DNA from: a virus
Length of the DNA: 64,000 nucleotides
Virus record (IMG/VR): IMGVR_UViG_3300015063_000003
Coordinates: 7,279 to 71,278 of that record
Strand: one strand, 5' to 3'
This document shows, piece by piece, positions 42,628 through 52,393 of this stretch. The notes beneath the pieces were generated by a model. That model was given only the letters and a program-made list of their open reading frames with translations. It was not told where the DNA came from and made no database searches. Position 1 is the stretch's first letter. Each line of letters begins with the position of its first letter. Position numbers and translations under genes: made by a program.

Positions 42628-45468
42628 TTATCCCCGCTCCGACGACTGATCGTCGCGAAGTTGCAACCCAGGACCAGCACGCCCCGTGCGAAGATTGATG
42701 ATCAAATCCGTCGGGTCTTGCACCTCGCGACGATTCGTGTCTTCCATCGTTCCTGCGATCTGATTCGCGACGGTGACCAGCATCGTCAAAGGCACGGCGA
42801 TTGCCGCCAACGCAGGCTCGATGTCTTCAGCTGATGGCACGATCTTCTCCAGCAAGTCGCCCATCGCCGTGACGATAGGCAGAATCTTCAACAACACCTT
42901 GATCTTAATATCTTCAAACTTCTGCTGCAAGTCACTTTGCATCTGGATGTAACGAGCGAGTTCCGGACCCGCTTCTTGCCCGCGACGCATGTCGCCCATC
43001 GTCTGCTGGATTTCGGCAATGGCCTGAGCCGATGCGATCTGCGGGCTGTACTCACCGTAGCGTTCGGCTGTGGCGTTGATCGCATTCATCAGCGAGCCGA
43101 GTTGCGTCGCCGTTTCGCCCGCGGCCATGCCCAGAGCTCCAATCAGGGGGTTAATATAAAGAAGCTTGTCGCCAACCGACGAAACAGCCCCGCCGATGTT
43201 GCTGACGATCTTTGCTGGATTGGCGTCGGGATCGGCGGCCGCCATGCCGACGGCGCCTGCCATCTGAATCGAACCAGTAACAGCGTAAGCAGCGATGTCA
43301 TGAACGGCCTTTACGATAACACCAGCCGCCATGATTTCAGGAGCCGCGGCTTCAAGCATCGAAAGGATACCGCCGCCTTCAGCGGCTTCGGGAATCTTCC
43401 CCATCGTTGTGGCGCTTGGCACTGAATTAGGATCTCTTGCCTCTTCGTCTTCCCAGCCAGGGCGACGATTGTCAGCGTTCGGAGCCTCGGTCACTGTCGG
43501 CAAATCTCTTGCCCACTGACTATTCAATGAACCGCGAACGTTCATCGAATGCTTCCTTGCAATGTACATCAATGCCCCCATCGGCGTTTGCGGCAGTGGG
43601 CCCATGCCCTGATCGGCCTGGTTCGGCGGACCTCCTGCTCCTGCCGATCCGCCTCCGCGTGACACCGCTACGAGGACTTTCTGCTGCGTCGATTCCAGCG
43701 ACCACGGGCCGGCGGACGATGAACGCTCTGCTTTCGTCTTCGCTGGTCCGCCCGTATCGCTTCCAGCCAACGCCGCACGAGCGTCTGAGCTGAGATCCGA
43801 CCACTTGCCGTACAGCTTTTCGTTCCAGCCTTCGGGCTGTGCGTTCATCGCACCTACCGCTGCCTTGTTCGCCGGATTCTGCATCGCCGCCTTCGTCACC
43901 ACGCCTTCGCCGGCGGTCAGGCGAGCGTTGACCTGATCGACGCCGGGCGGACCTGCAACGCCTGTCGTTCCCGTGGCGTATGCCGGTTGCTCTTGCTGCT
44001 TCGCCTCTGGTTCCTCCCGTGTCTTTCGCAGTGCGCGAACCATCTCCGCCACAGCGATACTCGTTCCCATGCCTGTACCGGGCGGCAGGATTGCTGGTTG
44101 ACCTAACCCGGCTGTCAATAGGGCCGACGCTGTCCACGTCGATGCCTGACCGAATACCCCTGCGGCACTGGCGAGTCCTTTGCCGTATCGCTTCTCCATC
44201 CAGTCCGTGACGGGATGGCCGAGGTCTGCTCCGGCTTCGTGCTCCGCCCCTTGCTTGGGAGCGTGCGGCCACTGAGGGATGTTGCCGATGCCACTAATCT
44301 CTCCGCCCTCGGCCTTGTGCTGTCCGGCGAAGTGAGCCTGCACATCTTCGTAACTGATTTCGTTCTGCCCGACTGCCTTATAACCGACCTTGTCGTATGC
44401 TCGCGTCTTTTCGAGGAGTTCCTTGAACGGAAGGTTGATCTTCATGATCTTCGCCTCCATGTCCTGATCTTTGACCATCATCCCTGCCCAACCGTGGTGA
44501 CCGTCAACGATGTAGTCGTCGCTCGACACGATCAGCGTCTTCTCCGCGAGTTTCTTCCGCGACTTCATCGCGTTCTTGGCGATCTTGTCCAAACCGATCT
44601 CGTTCTGGCTCGGATGCAACGATGATACTGGAGCCGTCGTCATCTCCGACGTGACGCCTTGATCTTGCAACGACTTCATGAAATCGGGGAGATGCTCCTT
44701 GGCGATCTGCGGCATTAGCGTACGTGGAATGTCCAGCGACGATTCCGGCACCGCCGCGTTGGGGGATTCGGCAGCAAGTCGGAGTTTGCCGATCCTCGCC
44801 TCGACCGTCGCGGCGAACTCTGCGAGATCCTCACGCCGCATCTTGTTGACGTATGGCTCCTCTTTCTCGTACAGCGACTCCGTCATTTCCTCATGTCGCG
44901 GATCGATCTTTCTGCCTTTTGCGTAATGATCTTCAACTTCTCCGCCCTTCGAGTACCCTGCATTGATCTCTTCCAATACCGATTTGTTCTCTGGCTTTTC
45001 CGCCGCTTGCTTATTGACGACGAATTCACCCGCCGTCGCCTTGATCGGCACCTCGTCTTCGTTATCGCCGACGCCCGCGACGTTCTGCACCACGCCGCCA
45101 CCGGCCTTGTGCTGCGGAGCCTGAGCCGCCTTGACCGCTGCGGCAACGTCCAGGAGCGAACCGACCAGCGGACCGAAGACTCCGCCCATCGTGCCTCTCA
45201 TCTTCACCGCGAGGTCGGTGATGATCTGGAACGTGCTGCGGGCTTGCTGTGCAGAGCCGTAGAGGTGATCGTACGTCGCCTTGATCTCGGCACGACGTGA
45301 CTCCGCCTCGCGGAGCTTCTGAGCTTCGAAGACGGGGTTGAATTCGGAACGGGATTGGGGAGGAAGTGCGGCGGAAGATGATTGCGAACCGTGTCCGGGA
45401 GACGCGGCATCGTCGTTGATGCCGCCCTCGTCCTTGACAACGATTCTTAGGGTTGCTTCGTCGGCCAC
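42628..45468 (-). CDS. tape-measure-like protein with internal ParB/Srx-like domain
   Basis: Follows tail tube; AxGG...VP...GEFVV-type motifs; Ala/Gly-rich helical C-terminus; PSQ...IVSSDDYIVDGHH insert. Confidence 0.6.
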   Translation of the reverse strand: MADEATLRIVVKDEGGINDDAASPGHGSQSSSAALPPQSRSEFNPVFEAQKLREAESRRAEIKATYDHLYGSAQQARSTFQIITDLAVKMRGTMGGVFGPLVGSLLDVAAAVKAAQAPQHKAGGGVVQNVAGVGDNEDEVPIKATAGEFVVNKQAAEKPENKSVLEEINAGYSKGGEVEDHYAKGRKIDPRHEEMTESLYEKEEPYVNKMRREDLAEFAATVEARIGKLRLAAESPNAAVPESSLDIPRTLMPQIAKEHLPDFMKSLQDQGVTSEMTTAPVSSLHPSQNEIGLDKIAKNAMKSRKKLAEKTLIVSSDDYIVDGHHGWAGMMVKDQDMEAKIMKINLPFKELLEKTRAYDKVGYKAVGQNEISYEDVQAHFAGQHKAEGGEISGIGNIPQWPHAPKQGAEHEAGADLGHPVTDWMEKRYGKGLASAAGVFGQASTWTASALLTAGLGQPAILPPGTGMGTSIAVAEMVRALRKTREEPEAKQQEQPAYATGTTGVAGPPGVDQVNARLTAGEGVVTKAAMQNPANKAAVGAMNAQPEGWNEKLYGKWSDLSSDARAALAGSDTGGPAKTKAERSSSAGPWSLESTQQKVLVAVSRGGGSAGAGGPPNQADQGMGPLPQTPMGALMYIARKHSMNVRGSLNSQWARDLPTVTEAPNADNRRPGWEDEEARDPNSVPSATTMGKIPEAAEGGGILSMLEAAAPEIMAAGVIVKAVHDIAAYAVTGSIQMAGAVGMAAADPDANPAKIVSNIGGAVSSVGDKLLYINPLIGALGMAAGETATQLGSLMNAINATAERYGEYSPQIASAQAIAEIQQTMGDMRRGQEAGPELARYIQMQSDLQQKFEDIKIKVLLKILPIVTAMGDLLEKIVPSAEDIEPALAAIAVPLTMLVTVANQIAGTMEDTNRREVQDPTDLIINLRTGRAGPGLQLRDDQSSERG

Positions 45469-45478
45469 ATTCTTTTAC

Positions 45479-46003
45479 TCAGGTCGAAGTGAAGGGCACG
45501 ATGATACTGCCGCTGCCGACAACGGTTTGGTACGGCAAAAGTATAAGTTCTAAGGGGATCTCGCGCATCTTGCTGGTGAACATCATGTCCGACGTTTGCC
45601 CGGGAGCAAGCCCGGCGGACAATGCCGTCAGCGTTTGCGGCATCGTCGGCGGGTTGCCGAGGATCGCCGTCAGCAAGAGCGTCTTACAGTAGTTGCTCCA
45701 GCGGTCGCCGATCGCTGTCAATTGCGGCGTCAGCGTCGTATTTGCACCGGACTGGCCGAACATCTGCAAGAGACTGAGCAAGCCGGTTTTGTTCGCTTCG
45801 AGACCTCGCAAGCGAGCCCGCCAGTTCATGCCTCGCCAGATGCTTTCGATGAGCGTTAATCCATATGCATCTGAGGCGTTGATCTCTTGGCCTTGATGCT
45901 GGACGGAGAGGTTGAAACCGTCATCGTTCTGCGTGCCTAATGGCAGAGCGTTCCACGTGCCAAGATACGGACCGGAAATCGGCAAAATTACGGCGGCTGC
46001 CAT
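45479..46003 (-). CDS. putative tail tube (major tail) protein
   Basis: AAGGAG RBS, 174 aa beta-rich, directly before tape measure. Confidence 0.55.
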   Translation of the reverse strand: MAAAVILPISGPYLGTWNALPLGTQNDDGFNLSVQHQGQEINASDAYGLTLIESIWRGMNWRARLRGLEANKTGLLSLLQMFGQSGANTTLTPQLTAIGDRWSNYCKTLLLTAILGNPPTMPQTLTALSAGLAPGQTSDMMFTSKMREIPLELILLPYQTVVGSGSIIVPFTST

Positions 46004-46014
46004 GCGATATCTCC

Positions 46015-46392
46015 TTAGCCAGCGACGGCCATTTGGTGAGCTTTCTCCGCGTCCACAGCAACTTGCTGCCGCTTGTCTTCGGCCTCTTTCTCGAGACGTT
46101 CCATGTTCGCCGCGAAGCCGATATAGTCCGGGGTCAGCATGCACTTCGGGCAAGTGACCGCCCGCACCTCGTTCGAGTGCATGCACATCAGCGTCTCGCC
46201 GTTGCGAACTTGCGGATTCACCGTGTTCTGCGTCGGGTTGCACGCGATCTTGCCGCGAAACGGTTGGATGCAAGCGTAAACCGGATGACCTTGTGTCTGC
46301 ACCGGACCCGCTTCGTCGGGCTGGAGCCAGTGGATGAGCACGCGACCGCTCTTGTCGGGCAAAAGTTTCACATTCAAGATCTTGTCGGCCAT
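46015..46392 (-). CDS. zinc-finger protein (H..C..CPxC), paralog of 46402..46647
   Basis: IHWL...KIACNP...SNEVRAVTCPKC. Confidence 0.6.
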   Translation of the reverse strand: MADKILNVKLLPDKSGRVLIHWLQPDEAGPVQTQGHPVYACIQPFRGKIACNPTQNTVNPQVRNGETLMCMHSNEVRAVTCPKCMLTPDYIGFAANMERLEKEAEDKRQQVAVDAEKAHQMAVAG

Positions 46393-46401
46393 CGCTCGTC
46401 C

Positions 46402-46647
46402 TCACTTTGCACTGGCGGCGTTCGTCTTCGCCGCTTCAAATTCCTTCGTTCGCTTGCACATCGGGCAATTCACGCTGCGAAACTCGTCCGTGCGAAGCAG
46501 CGGAGCCGCCCTGAACGTCGTTCCGCCCGCTCCGAAATACGTCACCCCAGGCATGCACGCGATTCTGTGCCCTTGCGGCGTCGAAAACAGGAAGTGAACC
46601 GTCGTCACTTCGCTGCCGTCGGCAAGGATCATTTTTTCGGCGTTCAT
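46402..46647 (-). CDS. zinc-finger protein (H..C..CPxC)
   Basis: VHFL...RIACMP...TDEFRSVNCPMC. Confidence 0.6.
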   Translation of the reverse strand: MNAEKMILADGSEVTTVHFLFSTPQGHRIACMPGVTYFGAGGTTFRAAPLLRTDEFRSVNCPMCKRTKEFEAAKTNAASAK

Positions 46648-47234
46648 CCGTATGGTCCCACTGCGAGCGTTTGTGGTTGCATCCGTCTCGCTCCTTCAAA
46701 ACGCATCTCGCAAATCAGTCCAACGTCCGCGGCATCCGGCGTCGATCCGAACCACTCGCCACCGACCAGTTGCGGCTTGTCCCTGCCGACGTATCCGGCT
46801 GGTTCGATGAAACCGTATACCGTGCCTGATGGCGTCCACGCTGCCAAGTTATCATTCGCCGAATTCGGCGTCTGGCCCTGGACAACCGTGATCGTCCAGT
46901 TCATGTGCAAATACGCTCTTAGCTGTTCCATCCTGGCGTTGAAGCTCGGCTGGCCTTTCCCGGCTGTTCTGGCCAACTTGCTCGCCAAGAGCGCATTTCC
47001 GATCCTGTCCAGAGGCACGCTCACTCGCATCGTGAGCGTCAGGGCGAACGCGAAATACTCGTCGAGGTTTCGCCGTGCCGTCGACCGGCTTGGGCCCTCG
47101 TGAATCGCTACATAGATCGGACCACAAGCCGGCGGCGGATGCCCGTCATCCTGGATATCGCACGTCTGCTCACCATAGCCGAAGCCTGCCGAGCGGACGC
47201 CGTCCCTCACTGCGAAAAGTAGTGCATCGATCAA
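46644..47234 (-). CDS. putative tail terminator/completion protein
   Basis: MIDALLFAVRDGVR..., beta-rich, position between neck and tube. Confidence 0.5.
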   Translation of the reverse strand: MIDALLFAVRDGVRSAGFGYGEQTCDIQDDGHPPPACGPIYVAIHEGPSRSTARRNLDEYFAFALTLTMRVSVPLDRIGNALLASKLARTAGKGQPSFNARMEQLRAYLHMNWTITVVQGQTPNSANDNLAAWTPSGTVYGFIEPAGYVGRDKPQLVGGEWFGSTPDAADVGLICEMRFEGARRMQPQTLAVGPYG

Positions 47235-47590
47235 TTGAGCACCAAGTCAACGACCTTCTCGCGATTCTCGTTTTCCCAAAACGGCTTGAGCCATCCCTTC
47301 TTCTTCACGCAGTCATCCAACAGCCTCGCCGCTTCGCTGATCTTGATTCCGAGCACGCCGACGAACTGCACGAAGATGTTGTACACTCCGACCGCCGAAC
47401 ACTGCTTGGCGTCGATCTCGACCGGGCACTTGTCCATGCCGTTCATCGACAACAGAACGAGCATTTCCAGCCACTTCGCCCGGACCTCATTCTGCATCGG
47501 TTCCGGCAGACCTTCGCCGAGCTTCTGGAACAAGATCACCAGCTCGCGGCGGTCTTCTTTCGTGTCGAAGGTGTCAAATTGCACGCTCAT
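47231..47590 (-). CDS. hypothetical protein
   Basis: Overlapping stop/start codons at both ends. Confidence 0.55.
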   Translation of the reverse strand: MSVQFDTFDTKEDRRELVILFQKLGEGLPEPMQNEVRAKWLEMLVLLSMNGMDKCPVEIDAKQCSAVGVYNIFVQFVGVLGIKISEAARLLDDCVKKKGWLKPFWENENREKVVDLVLN

Positions 47591-48251
47591 GAGGTTCCCA
47601 ACTTCGCATCAAGTTTCCGATTCGCCCAGCTCGTCCCTGCCTTCTGCACCGCGTCTTCGCCGAACCCGGCATCGCGGCACAGCTGCATGTAATCGACCGC
47701 TTCGAGATGCCCGATCTGACCGCCGTGGAGTAGCTTCCACGCATGTACGATCTTCAGGCCAGCAAAGGATAGTTCATCGCGGAACGCTCCGTCGCCGAAC
47801 TCGTCTACTGGGAGAAGCGAATCTCGGTTCCCACCGAACTCTCCGGCGAGGATGAATCGTTCTCGGTTTTTTTTGAGGTAAAATTTCGCAGCCTCTTCGC
47901 CTCCTCGCGGACCAACTCGACGAAGTCCTCAGCCTCCGCTCGCGTCACCGTCGGCACGTCGCCTTCGAGCTTGAGTCGCGCGTACGCGTTCGTCACGATC
48001 TCCTGCACGAACGCTTGCCGCTTGCCGCCGTACTCGGTGTTCGTCGCTTTCAAGATCATCTTCTGATCCAAGCCTTCTTCACGCATCGACCAATCCAGGT
48101 CGATGTAAGCGTCATAGACCTCGATCACGTCGATCTCGACGACCGGACCATCATCGGCAAACTGGAACTTGCTCAGGCCGCGGCCCCTCTTGCCGACACG
48201 CAGGACGCCGTTCTTCTCGGCATGGGCTTTTTCTTCGGCGGTTGCACTCAT
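47587..48251 (-). CDS. tail assembly chaperone GT via programmed -1 frameshift (about 221 aa)
   Basis: TC-A AAA AAA-ACC at 47867-47874; the -1 frame is open (NRERFILAGEFGG...KLGTS) to a TGA overlapping the next ATG. Confidence 0.75.
47805..48251 (-). CDS. tail assembly chaperone (G form)
   Basis: 148 aa acidic; A8 slippery run near 3' end. Confidence 0.7.
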   Translation of the reverse strand: MSATAEEKAHAEKNGVLRVGKRGRGLSKFQFADDGPVVEIDVIEVYDAYIDLDWSMREEGLDQKMILKATNTEYGGKRQAFVQEIVTNAYARLKLEGDVPTVTRAEAEDFVELVREEAKRLRNFTSKKTENDSSSPESSVGTEIRFSQ

Positions 48252-48976
48252 AGATTCCTCAAGAAATACAGGAGAATGTCAACATAGCCATCGCGAAGTT
48301 GACTATCCAAATCGTCCCACCAGCTCTGGGCCCACTTATCAGGACTCGGCCATAATCGCCGCTGCGGGATTCGCCCCGGCACTCCGCGATGGTGACTTCC
48401 TGCGTGCTTGCGATTCGTCCCGACGATCACGCTGCCGGGTTCGACCTTGAACACCTGATCTTGCGACTGAACCCCAGGCGACAAACTGTTGAGCAACAAC
48501 CCGAGATCCCGCAAGATCAATACGCTCGTCGATCCGTACTGACCAATCAGCGTCTTGGCACCAGCACCTTTCATGATCGACCACGCCAATTTCGCCGCTT
48601 TGCCCTTGTCGCCGCGAAATCGTGCCAGACCTCTGCGGTATATCTCCCACCACTTCACACGCTGCTTGTCGCTCAGCATCCAACTCGGTCTCGATCCCGC
48701 CCGTTGCTTCGAAGGTGGCACGCCAGGATGCCGTCGGCTGTACGCGATCGTCTTTGGACTCAATGCCTGCCATGACTCACCGCAATCGTCCGTACCGCCC
48801 TTGCTCTTGATGACGAAGGCGTCGCGGATATGAGCCAAGAGCGTCATGCCGAGCCGCGTCTGCAAGGCCTTCGCAACGTCCCCGGCGGCTTGATTCTGGC
48901 CGCTTGCGGCCTGTGCCGCTCTGACTATCGCCCGCCGGACTCCTGCCCGCGTGCCCTTGATGTAGATCGTCGGCAT
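48248..48976 (-). CDS. phage virion morphogenesis (Mu gpG/P2 gpS-like) neck protein
   Basis: WQALSPKT, LRDLGLLLNSL, VIVGTNRKHAGSHHRG...IPQRRLW. Confidence 0.8.
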   Translation of the reverse strand: MPTIYIKGTRAGVRRAIVRAAQAASGQNQAAGDVAKALQTRLGMTLLAHIRDAFVIKSKGGTDDCGESWQALSPKTIAYSRRHPGVPPSKQRAGSRPSWMLSDKQRVKWWEIYRRGLARFRGDKGKAAKLAWSIMKGAGAKTLIGQYGSTSVLILRDLGLLLNSLSPGVQSQDQVFKVEPGSVIVGTNRKHAGSHHRGVPGRIPQRRLWPSPDKWAQSWWDDLDSQLRDGYVDILLYFLRNL

Positions 48977-48977
48977 C

Positions 48978-49487
48978 TTATCGCAAAGCCAAAATCCGAT
49001 ACGTAATCGTCGCCTTGACCTGTGTTGCAACGCCAGGAGCCGAACTGCTGCCGCTCGTCAGTTTAGCTTGTCCGACGAACCTGATTCGTCCGCCGAGAGG
49101 CATTGCGTTAGAGCCCAGAGCCGTCCCAGGAACTTGCCCAGCATTTCTCGACTGCTGAAAAGCGTTGTTGATATTGCCGCTTCCACCACCACATAGAACG
49201 AATGTTTGCGGCGACTGCGAATTCGTATAGTTGCACCACGCCACATCAATCCACACACCATCGCCGACATCCGTCTGCATTACGACGTAACTGCTGTTTC
49301 CCGTCGCGATGCCGTTCACCGACATCTGCACCACAGCGACGATGGCTTCGCCGTACAACACTGGGATCGGGTCAATGCCGCCAGTGACATTCGCCAGGTC
49401 CGCTTCCGTCGGCGTCAATGCCTGTTGGTTGGCGTAGAGGATACCCTCGTTGTGCGCTGGCGGCGAGATATTCGCGAACGTCGTCAT
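48978..49487 (-). CDS. putative structural protein
   Basis: 169 aa beta-sandwich-like, GGGG RBS. Confidence 0.5.
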   Translation of the reverse strand: MTTFANISPPAHNEGILYANQQALTPTEADLANVTGGIDPIPVLYGEAIVAVVQMSVNGIATGNSSYVVMQTDVGDGVWIDVAWCNYTNSQSPQTFVLCGGGSGNINNAFQQSRNAGQVPGTALGSNAMPLGGRIRFVGQAKLTSGSSSAPGVATQVKATITYRILALR

Positions 49488-49499
49488 CGGTCCCCCTGC

Positions 49500-50309
49500 T
49501 TAGACCGACCGGAATCCCGTGTTGATCTTGCTGGCGTTGTTGCCCGCGTTGAGTACGACGCACGTCATCGCGTTGCCAGGCGTGCCGATGATCGTGGAGT
49601 TTCCGAACTGGTCCACCGGCAGATTGATCTTTTGCTGCGTGCCGACCGAGCCGACCGGGCTCGTCAGCCAGCACGAATAGAGCACGTTGCCCGTGATCGT
49701 ACCGTCATACACCGTGAACGTCGCCCCACCGCCGAAGCCCGGACCGGCGAACGACACCTCGGCGGACGTCAGATTCCAAGCGTGGTTGGCGTTCGCGGCC
49801 TGCGTGAGCGTGTTCGTGCCGCTGTTGACGGACGATGAATTCGAGAGATTCTGTGGGGTCAAGTAAGCATCGGCGTAGCTCTGGTCGGAAGAAGACGCCA
49901 GTGTCAATTGCGGAGTTCCGCTCGTCTTCGTCGTGAACGTCACCTTGATCGCGACGAGGTTACCGACAGGGGCAAAGTAGTTGCCGTTCGCCGTGATCGT
50001 CGTCGCGACAGCACTCGACGGATACGTCTGCACGTCCACCGGGACGTTGAACGTCAGACCGTCCACGCTGCCCGTGACCGTAATCACGCCAGCCCATGTG
50101 CCGAGAATTCCGATGCCAACATAAGCGGCACCGGCGACATAGATCACCGTGGACATGCCAGCGACCGTGAGCAACTCCGTCGTGAGCCGCGTCTGCTGCT
50201 GCTGCTGAGCGAGTTGCTGTAGCGGGTGGCCGCTGCGTTCCCAAGGGGGCAGACGCAAGTCCGACGCGAGCAAGCGGTTGAAGTTCAGCAGTTTCTTGAA
50301 AGATCGCAT
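49500..50309 (-). CDS. putative structural protein
   Basis: 269 aa Thr/Gly-rich beta protein, GGAG RBS. Confidence 0.5.
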   Translation of the reverse strand: MRSFKKLLNFNRLLASDLRLPPWERSGHPLQQLAQQQQQTRLTTELLTVAGMSTVIYVAGAAYVGIGILGTWAGVITVTGSVDGLTFNVPVDVQTYPSSAVATTITANGNYFAPVGNLVAIKVTFTTKTSGTPQLTLASSSDQSYADAYLTPQNLSNSSSVNSGTNTLTQAANANHAWNLTSAEVSFAGPGFGGGATFTVYDGTITGNVLYSCWLTSPVGSVGTQQKINLPVDQFGNSTIIGTPGNAMTCVVLNAGNNASKINTGFRSV

Positions 50310-50322
50310 TCGTGATTCTCCG

Positions 50323-51081
50323 TCACCATTCGAGACAAAAGTAACTGCCCCAATCCACGGCCTGCGGGTACTGCGTCGTCGTCTGCTCCGAGATCGTCGA
50401 TTCCACTCGCAACTTCCGATAGGTCATGCCGTCCGCTATCGTGATGTTGCTCAAAAACGGCCAAGCACTTGTCCGCGTGCCGATATCCTCGATGCTTAAC
50501 TCGCCGTTCTTGACCGCCTTCATCTCCTCGATGGCTTCTTCGTAAGCGGCCTGCACGTTCTCCGGAGCCGCCATGTACCGCCGCGTCCCGAGCCACCTCG
50601 CTCCTATCGCCGTCGCCCACTGGTTCACCGACCACGACAGAACAAGCTGGCTATCGTCGTAGAGGTTGCAGAGGTACAACTTGCACTTTGCCGTTGCGAT
50701 CTGGCACGCCTTGACCAGCATTCCCGCGAGCCAGACATTCACCCCGTTGTCAATCGCGACTCCGCCGCTATTCACCTGGACCGCGAGCGGAACTACTGCC
50801 AGCGACGTCGCCGCTGCGTTGGCCGCTGCGTTGAGCACTGCTGTTACCGGCGTTCCCATCTGGGCATCCGAGAACGTCAGGTGCGTCCCACGCAAGAGCG
50901 GATATTGCAACCCACTCACTAGGCTGATGCTCGTCGCCCCAATGGTTGCGTCCGCACTCGCTTGAATCTGCTGGCCACTGGCCTGATTCTGATCGTCCAA
51001 TCGCAACTGAGCCGCATCTATTCCCACGAACTCATAGATGTCATTCGGCGTGCAATACAAATTCGGCAACGCAATCGGCAC
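50323..51081 (-). CDS. head-tail adaptor (Mu gp36/DUF1320-like) with inserted domain
   Basis: YCTPNDI, QIATAKCKLYL...Y, WATAIGARWL, AYEEAIEEMKAVKNGELSI. Confidence 0.75.
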   Translation of the reverse strand: MPIALPNLYCTPNDIYEFVGIDAAQLRLDDQNQASGQQIQASADATIGATSISLVSGLQYPLLRGTHLTFSDAQMGTPVTAVLNAAANAAATSLAVVPLAVQVNSGGVAIDNGVNVWLAGMLVKACQIATAKCKLYLCNLYDDSQLVLSWSVNQWATAIGARWLGTRRYMAAPENVQAAYEEAIEEMKAVKNGELSIEDIGTRTSAWPFLSNITIADGMTYRKLRVESTISEQTTTQYPQAVDWGSYFCLEW

Positions 51082-51093
51082 GATTCAACTCCC

Positions 51094-52341
51094 TTAGAAG
51101 CTGAACACCGCACCAGGCGCCACGGCCTTCGGGATGTACAAAAACGGAATCATATTGGCCAGTCCGATCAGCTCAAGAGCCGCGGGCTGGGTCGTCATCT
51201 GATGCCAGAAATGGTACCCCATGCGTTGCACGGCCGGCATGCCATCATTCTCGATGACCCATTCCCCGCCGTGATACATCTCGCAGATATCCGGACTCGC
51301 CTGCGTCGTGAAGATCGCGAGGTTGTCCGGGATCAACTTCGCCAGCGTTGCCCCGCTCGGAGCCGTGCCGTAACTCGGATCGATGTCCGTGTTCAGAGCG
51401 ACCACGTCATCATCGATGTGCCACTTGAGCCACGGCAGAGCCCGCAAGATGCCGACGAAGTGCGTACTCGGCAAACCGTCCGCGAACGTCGCCGGCTCGC
51501 GGGTGTACTCGTTGAACACCGTGTTCGAACTGCCGCCGGTGTTGCGGATCTGCTGGTTGAGCAGCACACTCTGCCAGGCGATATTGTTGACCCAGATGTC
51601 GCTGAGAGCGTAGCCGCTGAGCTGGACGAACGCCGCACCGATCGCGGCGAGGTCCGTCATCATCGGGGCACCTGGATTGTTCCACGGCGTAACGACGATT
51701 GCCCCGCCCGGTCCTGGACCGCCACCAGCACCGAGCATTGCAAGTTGCCCCTTGTTACCGGCGGGGATCTGAAAACTGACCTGAAAGCCGACCTGGCTTC
51801 CGGTCGGAGCCGTGAACTGCGGGAACCAGTTGTCGCCGACGATGATGAAATAGAGACTGTCGCGGAGCATCGCCGCCGCCATCATTTCAACCATCATGTT
51901 GAACTGACCGGCGAGGAATCCCGTCTGCCGCCTGATGTAGTCCGCCCCGCCGACGTCGATCTGACTGTTCGGACCGGCGACGCCGGAGAGGTTGCCGAGC
52001 TGCTCGTAGTTGAGGTTGATCTTCTCGTGGAAGCGGGCGACGCTGATCGGCACATAACCGACGGGATTCGGGCTGACCGTCGCCGGACCGGTGCCGGGAG
52101 CTCGCCCCTTCGGCACGACTCGGGAGCGGTCGAAGATGCGATAGCTGACGTTGCGAGCCGTGCCGAAAGCCGCGTTCGTGATCGTGTTCGGACCGGCGAG
52201 GATACCGTCCTCGTCGCGGACGCGATCGGGCTGGAAGCCGAGCCAGCGGCCGAGATCGCCCTGACCTTGCCGGATGCGAGAGATGACCTTGACGATCACC
52301 TGCGGCAGCAAGAGTTCTCCGAGTGTCGCGTTCGTCGCCAT
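51094..52341 (-). CDS. major capsid protein (lambda gpE-like)
   Basis: 415 aa after decoration protein; ARFHEKI, LAKLIPDN.AIF, ANMIPFL. Confidence 0.8.
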   Translation of the reverse strand: MATNATLGELLLPQVIVKVISRIRQGQGDLGRWLGFQPDRVRDEDGILAGPNTITNAAFGTARNVSYRIFDRSRVVPKGRAPGTGPATVSPNPVGYVPISVARFHEKINLNYEQLGNLSGVAGPNSQIDVGGADYIRRQTGFLAGQFNMMVEMMAAAMLRDSLYFIIVGDNWFPQFTAPTGSQVGFQVSFQIPAGNKGQLAMLGAGGGPGPGGAIVVTPWNNPGAPMMTDLAAIGAAFVQLSGYALSDIWVNNIAWQSVLLNQQIRNTGGSSNTVFNEYTREPATFADGLPSTHFVGILRALPWLKWHIDDDVVALNTDIDPSYGTAPSGATLAKLIPDNLAIFTTQASPDICEMYHGGEWVIENDGMPAVQRMGYHFWHQMTTQPAALELIGLANMIPFLYIPKAVAPGAVFSF

Positions 52342-52393
52342 GCCTGTCCCCTATCGAGAAAGAACCTTCGTGATTCAAGCGAGACTGTTTTTG

